A DNA stretch of 63,061 bases, filler included, from Welwitschia mirabilis (taxonomy: Eukaryota), in NCBI GenBank assembly GCA_051453625.1. It is 3 parts of one record of this genome, joined end to end, with 100 filler letters (N's around TTAATTAATTAA, not from the genome) between each part and the next. Parts side by side here need not be neighbours in the genome. Positions count along the whole stretch, not along the records: positions 1 to 28,444 come from JBOZIK010000001.1; 2 more parts are not named here. The stretch is one strand, 5' to 3'. The notes beneath the pieces are model-generated. The model had not been told where the DNA came from. It made no database searches and saw only the letters and a program-made list of their open reading frames with translations. The position numbers and the translations under genes are program-made. This document shows positions 13,601 through 25,242 of the stretch, one piece after another (within the stretch, counting starts at the first letter, position 1; the number at the start of each line of letters is the position of its first letter).

Positions 13601-13998
13601 TCATGCTTTTTACTTGTTTCCTTGATAGTTATAGTGGTTATAACTAGGTTTGCATTTCTAGAGAGGACTAAGCCAAAATTATTTGCACTTCTTCTTTCTA
13701 TACTTTTAATTTTACATGCATGTCTTTCAGAATTTGTAATGCTCCCAATACTTTTTAACATGCTATGATGGGTATCTTTTCTGATATACTTGAGGATTCC
13801 ATTAAGGTTTTCATGTATGAGTTCTCTATTTATGCTGAAACTTTTGAATAAATCTAGGATTATTTAGAGAAAGTCTTAGACTATTGCTAGTAGCCTCTAC
13901 TTGAGTTAGGAAAAGAGTCTTTTTCTTATAGAAAGTGGCATTATTTTAGGTTATCATATCTCTTGGGAGGGGATTATAATGGATGTTTCTAAAGTTAG
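10613..13998 (+). pseudogene. Gypsy gag-protease-RT remnant (copy A)
   Basis: gag FPITLKDKTKLWL...SWNQVQEAFIKR. Protease region KDLGAATISVTLEG...ALIYIKANVNIIP at about 12400-12500. RT HKIYLKENAKP, GIIYTIANSEWVISLMVVPKKSGK*CMCIDF*KLN, HYPLPFLD and LDSYSGYN at about 13320-13650. Confidence 0.9.
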
Positions 13999-14098
13999 NN
14001 NNNNNNNNNNNNNNNNNNNNNNNNNNNNNNNNNNNNNNNNNNNNNNNNNNNNNNNNNNNNNNNNNNNNNNNNNNNNNNNNNNNNNNNNNNNNNNNNNN

Positions 14099-17000
14099 AC
14101 GTGATAGAACCTACATGGTTATCTTCCCCGTCACTTTAAAGGATAAAACAAAACTAGGGCTTAGAATGATTTTTCGCAAAAGTTTAAAATCTTGGAATCA
14201 AGTTTAGGAATCCTTTATCAAGAGATTAATGAGTGAAACCATCATCCGAAAATGTAAGAAAGAAGTCATCAACTTCCACCAAATACCTAATAAAGATTAT
14301 GCCTCTACCTATGAGGGATTCTTTGTTACATTACATTCAAACCCTATAGATGCCTTTTCATAGGTAAAACTTGTAGACTACTTTTATNNNNNNNNNNNNN
14401 NNNNNNNNNNNNNNNNNNNNNNNNNNNNNNNNNNNNNNNNNNNNNNNNNNNNNNNNNNNNNNNNNNNNNNNNNNNNNNNNNNNNNNNNNNNNNNNNNNNN
14501 NNNNNNNNNNNNNNNNNNNNNNNNNNNNNNNNNNNNNNNNNNNNNNNNNNNNNNNNNNNNNNNNNNNNNNNNNNNNNNNNNNNNNNNNNNNNNNNNNNNN
14601 NNNNNNNNNNNNNNNNNNNNNNNNNNNNNNNNNNNNNNNNNNNNNNNNNNNNNNNNNNNNNNNNNNNNNNNNNNNNNNNNNNNNNNNNNNNNNNNNNNNN
14701 NNNNNNNNNNNNNNNNNNNNNNNNNNNNNNNNNNNNNNNNNNNNNNNNNNNNNNNNNNNNNNNNNNNNNNNNNNNNNNNNNNNNNNNNNNNNNNNNNNNN
14801 NNNNNNNNNNNNNNNNNNNNNNNNNNNNNNNNNNNNNNNNNNNNNNNNNNNNNNNNNNNNNNNNNNNNNNNNNNNNNNNNNNNNNNNNNNNNNNNNNNNN
14901 NNNNNNNNNNNNNNNNNNNNNNNNNNNNNNNNNNNNNNNNNNNNNNNNNNNNNNNNNNNNNNNNNNNNNNNNNNNNNNNNNNNNNNNNNNNNNNNNNNNN
15001 NNNNNNNNNNNNNNNNNNNNNNNNNNNNNNNNNNNNNNNNNNNNNNNNNNNNNNNNNNNNNNNNNNNNNNNNNNNNNNNNNNNNNNTGAAAAAAATGAAA
15101 AACCAAAAATAGACCAACTAATGTCATAAAGGATTTCACTTCAACCTTAGACACACATAAATGATTCTTGAGGTGAAGGTGGTAACTAAAAAAAGTAAAA
15201 TTATAGTTCCTACCTATGATCTGTGTAAGGATAATTATCATGTTACCAAATGATATCCTTTGCTTCTAACTTATAAAGAAAGAAATTATAATGAAGTATG
15301 TGATTTTAATTAGTAATTTCCAAACTACAACCAAAACCAAAATTAAAGATAAGTCCAAAATCATAATAACTTTCAACCTAAGATAAGTGAATAATAAAAC
15401 TTTAAAAATTTTCAATCAAATCATCCTAACTTTCAACCTTTTAAAAAGAGATTTAAGGACTTAAAATTCCACTCTAATAACTCAAACAACTTAGCAAGCT
15501 CTTCCAACTCCTAAAACCAAAGTGATCCTCTTAGAAATTCCATTGAGAAGTTAAGAAAATCATAAGAAAAAACCAACTCAAGCATTGAAAATACAAACAC
15601 CAACATTGAAAACCTTATGAGCATTCTACAACAAACTATACTTGTTAAGCAAAGACCATAAGGTTCTCTTGTCATTCAAATTTTATTGAACTCAAACAAA
15701 GTTAGAAAAGATTGTAAGGTGGTAATAATAAGTGGAAATGATACAACTCCTTCCACCCATGAGGATTCAACATCACAAAGTGAAAAAAATGATGAATAAG
15801 NNNNNNNNNNNNNNNNNNNNNNNNNNNNNNNNNNNNNNNNNNNNNNNNNNNNNNNNNNNNNNNNNNNNNNNNNNNNNNNNNNNNNNNNNNNNNNNNNNNN
15901 CACCCATGAGGATTCAACATCACAAAGTGAAAAAAATGATGAATAAGAGGATATAGAAATATTATAAAACCATTTTTTCCCTTCTTCATTAAGTAACAAA
16001 AGGAAAGACTCTTCACAAAGAAACCTACTGCTCCATGTCTTGATAGGCTTAACAGAAATCATATTTTTTATAATTATTTAAAATCTTTAATGATAAATGT
16101 GATTATTAACTTTTCATTTGGGAAAATTTTGCAAGAAAACCCAAAGTATTTAAAGTTATAGAAATACTTTATTAAAAGAAAATAAAAACAAACCATTCCT
16201 AGTAAAGTCTTCCTAGCTCAATCCATTAGTAATTTAGTTTACCAAAACTATCCAAAGCTTAAGGATCCGAGGTTGGTAACTATGAGTGTCACTTTAGAAG
16301 GAAACCATAGGATTAAGAAATCCTTAATAGATATTGGAGTTGTTATCAACATCATGCCCTTACACATTTATCAGAGACTTGGTTTGGAGGAAAGAGTAGA
16401 ACCTACACGGATTATCTTAGAGTTAGTTGATACTTCTATAAAGAAACCATTAGGTATGATTAAGGACTTGGTCATTTAGATAGAATAAGCTTTCTACCCC
16501 ATTGATATTGTAGTTTTAAAAGTTAAGCATCATGATGAATGTTCTTTTCTTCGAGGTAAAGCTTTCTATGCANNNNNNNNNNGAAAATAAATATTTTTAA
16601 TAAGAGTTTTTGATGTGACTAAAAAATATTTAAGCAATAATTTAAGTGTGGAGGAAGAAATTAGGCCAAATCTATTTTTACAACATCATTCTCTTGAGGA
16701 AATATGGTCCATGCTTCACCAACCAATCTTGTTTAATGGTAAAATGAAAGTAGACAACTTGTATGTTTTTAAAGATCAACTTAATTTTGATCATCTGATA
16801 ACTACGTTTTCGGATCTAGAGTGTAGAGTATCTAAGTCTATCAATTGTNNNNNNNNNNNNNNNNNNNNNNNNNNNNNNNNNNNNNNNNNNNNNNNNNNNN
16901 NNNNNNNNNNNNNNNNNNNNNNNNNNNNNNNNNNNNNNNNNNNNNNNNNNNNNNNNNNNNNNNNNNNNNNNNNNNNNNNNNNNNNNNNNNNNNNNNNNNN

Positions 17001-18262
17001 NNNNNNNNNNNNNNNNNNNNNNNNNNNNNNNNNNNNNNNNNNNNNNNNNNNNNNNNNNNNNNNNNNNNNNNNNNNNNNNNNNNNNNNNNNNNNNNNNNNN
17101 NNNNNNNNNNNNNNNNNNNNNNNNNNNNNNNNNNNNNNNNNNNNNNNNNNNNNNNNNNNNNNNNNNNNNNNNNNNNNNNNNNNNNNNNNNNNNNNNNNNN
17201 NNNNNNNNNNNNNNNNNNNNNNNNNNNNNNNNNNNNNNNNNNNNNNNNNNNNNNNNNNNNNNNNNNNNNNNNNNNNNNNNNNNNNNNNNNNNNNNNNNNN
17301 NNNNNNNNNNNNNNNNNNNNNNNNNNNNNNNNNNNNNNNNNNNNNNNNNNNNNNNNNNNNNNNNNNNNNNNNNNNNNNNNNNNNNNNNNNNNNNNNNNNN
17401 NNNNNNNNNNNNNNNNNNNNNNNNNNNNNNNNNNNNNNNNNNNNNNNNNNNNNNNNNNNNNNNNNNNNNNNNNNNNNNNNNNNNNNAACTTAATTTTGAT
17501 CATCTGATAACTATGTCTTCTGATCTAGAGTGTAGAGTATCTAAATCTATCAATTGTGTAGAAGTCTGAGAATTTATCAGCCCTAATATTTCTTATTTTA
17601 AGGTTGGTTATTCACTATTGAAATCTGGATAATAGTCTAAGATGATAGTCTGTTTCTGAAAATTTTACAGAAACTAAAAATTTAATAATAAACTTGAACC
17701 TAAAACCTTTAGACAGGGGACTAAAATAAATTTTATTAAATAGTAATCTAAACAAACCCTTGATTATCAACAAAAACCCTACCTCTCAACAAGAAAGAGA
17801 TGCTAGCCGTTATTATTTTCCTTGATTTTCTTAGACATTATCTTTTGGGCTTTTACACAAATGTTTACACTGATTATGTTGTCATTTATTACCTTATGAA
17901 TAAGAAATATTCTAGTGCATATTTGATTAAATAGATCTTTCTTATGCAATAGTTTAACTTAATCATCATAGATAAAACAAGGAAGCATAATTCTATTATC
18001 AATCAATTATCTCGACTTCCTTCTCCTCCAGATGATTCTATTATTAATGATTCATTTTTTGATGAGCAAATTTTCACTATTTCTTCTTCTCATCCTCCTC
18101 CTTGATATTTTCTTCATAGGATAGGTAACTATAAGTGGATAGAGCCACATTTGTGCCATAGGTATAAAGAATAAATTATGAGAAAATGTGTGTCTAATTA
18201 GGATACACCTGATATTCTTCATTTTTATCATAGTGGTGTTTGTGGACAACACTTTAGTGAAG
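14099..18262 (+). mobile_element. Athila-like gypsy copy B internal fragment (gag-protease fused to RNase H and integrase start, RT deleted)
   Basis: Aligns with copy A from gag to the pre-RT region but is clearly diverged. Protease KKSLIDIGVVINIMP. At about 17797 it switches to RNase H (EMLAVIIFLDFLRHYLLG, NQLSRL) and then the integrase zinc-finger start (HSGVCGQHFS, about 18230-18260). Confidence 0.85.
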
Positions 18263-18282
18263 CATCCATTATAGTGTAAATT

Positions 18283-19744
18283 ATGATCATGAAGGCCCAA
18301 GGATACTATAGTGTAAATTTGATTAAAATCTGGGCAAGTTGACTTAAGACTTCTATAAATGTCTAAAAAAATGAAGACATCTAGAGTAAATACATCTAAA
18401 AAATTCAAGATGTATTAAATTGAAGTTCACATTGATTAAAACCAAAATTATGCACCTAAAGAATAGACATTAGCTCTCCATTATATGGTAGTTATAGATT
18501 CAAATGGCTTTCTTGTAATCTCAAATAGCTAGATCTTTTTCAACATCATAAAGCCTTGATGTCATAAANNNNNNNNNNNNNNNNNNNNNNNNNNNNNNNN
18601 NNNNNNNNNNNNNNNNNNNNNNNNNNNNNNNNNNNNNNNNNNNNNNNNNNNNNNNNNNNNNNNNNNNNNNNNNNNNNNNNNNNNNNNNNNNNNNNNNNNN
18701 NNNNNNNNNNNNNNNNNNNNNNNNNNNNNNNNNNNNNNNNNNNNNNNNNNNNNNNNNNNNNNNNNNNNNNNNNNNNNNNNNNNNNNNNNNNNNNNNNNNN
18801 NNNNNNNNNNNNNNNNNNNNNNNNNNNNNNNNNNNNNNNNNNNNNNNNNNNNNNNNNNNNNNNNNNNNNNNNNNNNNNNNNNNNNNNNNNNNNNNNNNNN
18901 NNNNNNNNNNNNNNNNNNNNNNNNNNNNNNNNNNNNNNNNNNNNNNNNNNNNNNNNNNNNNNNNNNNNNNNNNNNNNNNNNNNNNNNNNNNNNNNNNNNN
19001 NNNNNNNNNNNNNNNNNNNNNNNNNNNNNNNNNNNNNNNNNNNNNNNNNNNNNNNNNNNNNNNNNNNNNNNNNNNNNNNNNNNNNNNNNNNNNNNNNNNN
19101 NNNNNNNNNNNNNNNNNNNNNNNNNNNNNNNNNNNNNNNNNNNNNNNNNNNNNNNNNNNNNNNNNNNNNNNNNNNNNNNNNNNNNNNNNNNNNNNNNNNN
19201 NNNNNNNNNNNNNNNNNNNNNNNNNNNNNNNNNNNNNNNNNNNNNNNNNNNCAAATTTAAGGATCTCAAAATCTTCATCAAAGTAAACTCGAGTTTGTTG
19301 TTGTATTGCATTTTGATTTTATGTTATAGACTATCTCACTATTAAATTTTATTGTATAGTGCATTTCTAAAAACTAAATACATTATAAGGCTATCCTTAT
19401 ATGGGTGTGCATTTGTATTTGTGCTTATGAGTACTTGTTTGTGGTTAAGATTATTGGTAAGCTAGAAAACCATTATTCTTTTGAGAAGAAGAGAGTGTTG
19501 CCTTATGAGGATACTATCACTTGTTATAAGATTAGTGGTATACTAGAAAACCACTATTTTCTTATAGGTTAAGAATATTAAGAGGTGTGAGAAGAATCTA
19601 TCCTCTGTGTATGGATGTACCCAGGTTGGGGAATCATGTTATTTGTTAAGGTCTTCCATTGTGCATTTCATACTGCTATTTGCTTTAAATTATTATTTGG
19701 TAGAATCTATTTAGCCCTCTCCTCTTAGATCAAATCAATTCTTA
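18283..19744 (+). repeat. 3' LTR of the copia element, 5'-truncated
   Basis: ATGATCATGAAGGCCCAAGGATACTATAGTG... aligns to 2492 onward of the 5' LTR. It ends ATCAATTCTTA (compare ATTGATCCTCA), is followed by the TSD CTAAT, and has no PBS after it. Confidence 0.85.
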
Positions 19745-19749
19745 CTAAT

Positions 19750-22210
19750 AAACTTTGCTAAATCCTATATCATCACTATTAAATGACCACATATGAATAT
19801 ATAGAATACTTGAATATTTTGATAATGAGGTTTAGAACAAGCATAATAAGAAGAGTAATGCACATTGGTTGTAGCTATGATGTTCTTGAAAACTAAAAAT
19901 TTACATGTGCAGGAGAGATTTTTAATCTCCTTCATCAATCCTTTTTTTGAATTTCATTAATGGTTTCTCTCTAAAAATTAGAACTTATATCCCAAAAGAA
20001 AACTATATTCTAGAAACTTTGAAAATATTATCTTCAAATAGGATTTTATGAGGTTTTCAAAAAGGAAAGTTGAGTTTTAGTTTCTACAAAGAAACTAAAG
20101 ATTTATCCTAATTAATGCTAAATCTTAAAAGAATGCACTATTCTTGAAGCCTAAATGGTGATTAATTAAATAAATCTAATTGATTACTAATGAAAAGAAA
20201 AGAATCGTGTACTAAGTACATCTTAATATAGTAGTTTTAATTATAATAAATTTAATTAACTTCATCTTTTCTAATATCATGAAATAAAAATTCTATTATG
20301 GTGACAAATAGGAAAGAAGCCAAAAAACAACCTGGGTAAATATAACATTGAATAAAAAAAGATAAAGACACACTAGTATCTATGTCTATGCAACCATTAG
20401 CATAATCAAAAAAACATTTCATCATTATAATAAAGAAAGAGTAAAACATAAAACTTTTAGAATGTTAATGCTGAATTTCAATTATATCTTGTGATAGGAT
20501 TTGGCATAATTGATCTTGATAAAAGTTATATCTTGATTGATATGAGTTTTTTATGGCATTGTTTCTTGGTATTTATGGAATTATTTAAGATATAACTCCT
20601 TGGCATTAAACTAGACTATTCTTGTTAAATAATATCAATAATTATCTTTTTGTAAATTTTTTGCTAAATAATTTGTCCAAGTTGTATAAGAAAATTTTAA
20701 TATAGTGATCGATTTCTAGTTTATATTTAATCTTACATCTCCTAACTTAGATAAAAGCCTTATAATTCCTCCATTAATATTTAGTCTTAAAGATGCATTA
20801 TTAATGATTTCTTAAATAACATTAAAATAATTACTACCAAGGATTTCCTAATTCTATTTAAAAAATAGATCAACACTCCTCACTAGGTGTCTTACCAGTG
20901 GCCATATCAAAGCAAGATTTTTAAAGCTCTTATAAAGTAACTGTCTTGTTAAGTGGTTGAAACTACTCTTAACTAAGTCTTATTTAAATGATAGAATTGC
21001 TTTACAAAAATCTTTAATAGTTAAAATATTGATCTGTAAAAATTCATGTAAAATGTTAAGCTAATTCCAACACAATCTACTTAAGGTTACTATTAACTTT
21101 AAGTAAAGAATACATTGTTGCATTTGTATTTGATTAGTATTAAAATTAACAAATTTGTAGATTTTTCTAATTATATAGCTTTAAAAATTTAGCTAAAATA
21201 ATATAATTTTAGTAAGAGAATTTTGATCATAATAAAGATGTTTTTGATGTTAAATGTCCTTAGCTTTTCATAATTAATCATGCAAAGAAGATTCAAATAG
21301 AAATGTCTAACTTCCCTATTTATGTTGATTGCTAGTAAAGTTAACTTACAATAATTGCATCAATGAAGATTAGCCATTTTTTAATATCACATCTAGAATA
21401 ATAATGAACATAAAATACAAAAAGTTTTTACTAGAAAATCCCTCTCAAGAAGCTCATAAGTTAAGGTTCTGCATTCTAAGCTATAAGAAGAATATCTTAC
21501 CTATAATTTTCTTTGTTATAAGAAAAAGTAATTTCAAATTAATTAATTTATAATTTTAGAAAATAGTAGACTAATGAATCTTAATTGTAATAAATAAGCC
21601 TCTAAAATGAATTTTCATAATAATAGAAGTGATTAAGATGATTATAAATAGTTTTAAGTATGAATTAGTGATAACTCTAAGTAAAAGATAAGTGGGAGAA
21701 GTAATTAATATGGATAATAATATATTTTAAATAAAATTACTCTTTAAAATGTATCCATCTATCTATCTCAAAATCACTAATACTAGAAGAGTTTTCCAAA
21801 TTTATCTAAATGTTGTTTGATACTATTGAAATATCCATAAGAAAATCCAAATAATTGACAAACGTAAAGCTAAAAGTCTAGCCCATAATTTATCCTTCTC
21901 ACTAGAGTGATTGGAGGCATACATAAAGCATATCTAAATAAAGTATAAAGAGATTGAAAACCACTTAGATAGCTCAATGTTAAGAGTTTGAGCTAATATT
22001 CTATATGTATAATTTCCATCTAGAATGAAAAAATGATGACATAACTTATTTTGATAAAACTAATAAAAACCATTTTCAAAGAAATAGTAGATATTTAAAA
22101 GTCTAGTGAAAAAATTAAAATCATAATTCTATCACAATATTAAAAGCACCATATTAGCACATTTCCTATGAAGGCTATCCATAAGTCCCCACGTCATCCC
22201 TGAAACCATC
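19750..22210 (-). pseudogene. L1-type LINE ORF2 remnant (endonuclease and reverse transcriptase), heavily decayed
   Basis: Minus-strand motifs in L1 order: YASNHSSEKDKLW (about 21900; cf. YAPN...ER..LW), MATGKTPSEE (about 20890; cf. GKSPGPDG), GIIRLLSK..N*KSITIL (cf. LIPK..NWRPITLL), FIKINYAKSYHKI (cf. LKLDFAKAYDRV), PGCFLASFLF (cf. QGCPLAPFLF) and LVHDSFLF (cf. FADDT). The upper boundary is approximate. Confidence 0.82.
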
Positions 22211-22624
22211 TTCATGAAAATTATTATGGGTTATCCTACTTTAAGTGTTTAAAAATATCCAAATAATATTTATTATATTCAATTCCATTGAATTTGAAAG
22301 AACTACAAATGCGTTCTCTGAGCTTATAGCTAAAATATTAGCTTGTTGCATGGCTAACCTAGTTGGGACATAAAATACTTTTTTGCTAACTTAGAGTCAA
22401 AAGGATGATTTGTTGAGACATTATGATTTTATAAGAATGGATTAAAGGTCTCATTTTTTTATCATAAACTATTTGAAAAACTTTCTAATTCTCTTGAAAT
22501 TGTAATGTTTTAGTATGCTTAACTAGCTTGGGGATGGTTGTTGGATTTATGTCATTTAGAGATGACCTACTTGGAGAATTCAAAGAAGTTAACTATTTCT
22601 TAGTTAAAAGAAAAATAACCATCC

Positions 22625-22738
22625 AAAAAATAAGAAGAGGAGAAGAAGGAAGAAGAAGAAGAATAAGAAGAATAAGATGAATAAGAGAGGAGAGAAGGGG
22701 GGAGGAAGGGGGAGGCCAGAGATAGAGAAAGAGAGAGA
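22625..22738 (+). repeat. Purine-rich low-complexity tract (GAA/GA/G runs)
   Basis: Seen directly: AAGAAGAGGAGAAGAAGGAAGAAGAAGAAG...GGGGGAGGAAGGGGGAGG...GAGAGAGA. Confidence 0.85.
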
Positions 22739-25242
22739 TTAAAAGGCATCTATTACAAAATTCTTTTGTTTTTTAGCTTTAATTTATTATTTTCTTTTAC
22801 AAGAAGAATAATGGAAACACATATGTCCTTCTTATAATGGGGAAAGAAAAATAGGAGTTGAAAAAAATGTAATAAATAACTATCCAAATAAAAATTTGAC
22901 ATTTTTTTAGATAAAAAACTTTGTGCAATTTGTGATGTTAATTTCTTTTAGATATTTACTAGTTAATGCATTTACCAAATATTGAGTACTTATTTATAAG
23001 ATATTTTAAGGAAAGCAACAATCTCATGCTCAATTTTTTTAAAAAATAAGAGGAGACAAAGCACAAAACCTAATTAAACTTCTTAGCAATAACATTAACA
23101 TTAAATTCTCATGTTTAAATAATCATAATACCATGACATTAATGAAAAATGCATAGACCTAAATCTTTTTCAACAACAAATTTAACAAAGGATTTTATAA
23201 GGAAAACAATTTTGAGAATAATGTTGTGCATGCTCTATAATAAGGCTATGACTAAAAATGTAGTTTGGATCTGTGATAAAAATAATGAAGTTTATGATAT
23301 ATAACTAATAACTTATAAGAAAATATGATTTAAAGAATGTTTAAAAAGATATTTCTCAAAAAACATTTTTAAAAAACAAAAATTAATGGAGATACTTATC
23401 TTTATACTTCTAAAATTAGCTAGCATAGTTTCTTAAGAGTTAATATGCACTAAACAGAATGGATTATCACTCCTTATAGTTAATGAAGACTAAGGATGAT
23501 TCTAATTATAAGAAGTGCAATTCCCTTCCTTCAAAGGGGCATTTAAATCATTCATACCCATATGAATGATAATGAATGAGTGAGATCATTCATAAAAAAA
23601 AACAAATAGAATTGAACCTCTAAACTTATCTAGTAAAAACATTAGAATTGATGCAAAAGAGATCCTAATTATTACTAATAAATCTTTCACACACTCTCTA
23701 CAAGTACTACTATTTGTAATTATAAGTTGGTTATCAAAGCTATACTATCTTGAGAAACCTTATCATCTTACAAGAAGTTGAGGTCTATTAAATTTCAAAT
23801 AATGAACTAAGCATATTATCATCATCTACTAAATAAATTACTTTAAAATAAAGATAAATTTTTATAAAAATTAACTAAATAATTAATGAAACTAAAACTA
23901 ACATTATAATTTTATTATGAGATTTCAATAGTATGATTACCAATTCTTCTAAAGAGAAAATGGAGCAAATCAATTAGATTGGTAATTGCAAAGTGTCACT
24001 TATGCCTTATGTTCTTAAGCATGAGATACTACAAGAAAATTTGGTACTCATCTTCACTAGTATTTTGATTACACAAGTGAAAGGCCTAGTCTTTTAAGGT
24101 TCATGTTTTAACTCTCAAATGATGTGATCCCATTCTTGTTTTGATAATTATCATCATAAATGTCAAAGAATAATAGTTATTAAATAGTTTTTATTTATGT
24201 TTAGNNNNNNNNNNNNNNNNNNNNNNNNNNNNNNNNNNNNNNNNNNNNNNNNNNNNNNNNNNNNNNNNNNNNNNNNNNNNNNNNNNNNNNNNNNNATGAA
24301 TGTGTTTAGAATTATAGAAGCAAATTTTATCTTGAATATTTCATTTATGAAGCTATTAAATACCATCATAACACCATCCTTTCTCTAAGGTTACCACCAT
24401 CATTTTCTTTAAGTATTTTTCCATAATGGCTCTAAAGAGATTATGATTGTACATTATAAACTAGAAAATAGTTTCAACTTCTCAAGGTATCATTATTTTT
24501 CAAGTGGAAAACATCATATTATATCTATCTGTTTGATTTGAAGTGCTTTGATAAGAATAGTATTTCTATTTTGTAATCCAAAACCTCAATAACATACCTA
24601 TAGTGAATAGTTAGTTAATCAATGAAATGATAGATTTGGTTTTAAATTTTTTAAGTTAAAATAAATTCATTCTAAATAGTGCTTTCATTCCACTTATACC
24701 ACTTTGAGAAATGCATTTGTTCCATTTATAATTACATGAGTATTTTTTGCCAAGGTATTTATAAAGGAAATTACTTTTAAATGGTCATTTCCTAAAATGA
24801 AATTAGTTATTTTTAGATGTGTCACTCATCATAGCTTTGGTTTTTTATACATTAAACTTCATTCTCAAATATTAGCAAAAGTTATTAAGAGTGTTGAGCA
24901 TTCACTGAAGATCATATTTTAAGTCTAAAATTAAAACAACATCATTAGTATTAAGAGTTTGATGAGATTGTGTTCAATTGTAATTACATATTTATTGGAT
25001 AGGTTATACATATAATCTTCAAGTTCATCAATAATGATCTAAATATAGTTGAAGAAAAATGAAAGGATTGTTTTTCACTAATAAAATTATGAAGTAAAAC
25101 ACTTTCTTAACCATTTTCTAATCAATTGCATAATCTTTATAAAGTTTTTAGATTTCAAATAATAATGCTATTAGAGTTCCTAGACTATGGAAGTGCCTTC
25201 ATAACTTGCTTTGGCTGATAAAATTATATTCCTTAGAAAATT

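Larger units (their letters stand above)
8867..13998 (+). mobile_element. Degenerate Athila-like Ty3/gypsy element, copy A (5' LTR to RT), nested in the copia element and truncated at a gap
   Basis: LTR, tRNA-Asp-type PBS, 5' UTR, then gag, protease and RT remnants in gypsy order. Confidence 0.88.
2064..19744 (+). mobile_element. Degenerate SIRE-like Ty1/copia LTR retrotransposon with nested gypsy fragments and a CTAAT target-site duplication
   Basis: 5' LTR at 2064-3471, PBS, gag-PR-INT-RT-RH remnants in copia order, and a homologous partial 3' LTR ending at 19744. The 5-bp flanks are identical: CTAAT at 2059-2063 and 19745-19749. Confidence 0.88.

Noticed and set aside
14344..19311. Long ORFs in the track (220-292 aa), and similar ones at 34928 and 47080-47858
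   Set aside because: They consist mostly of X residues from N runs.
23950..25200. Possible hAT transposase remnant
   Set aside because: Only vague motif resemblances, on inconsistent strands, with no terminal inverted repeats or TSD found.
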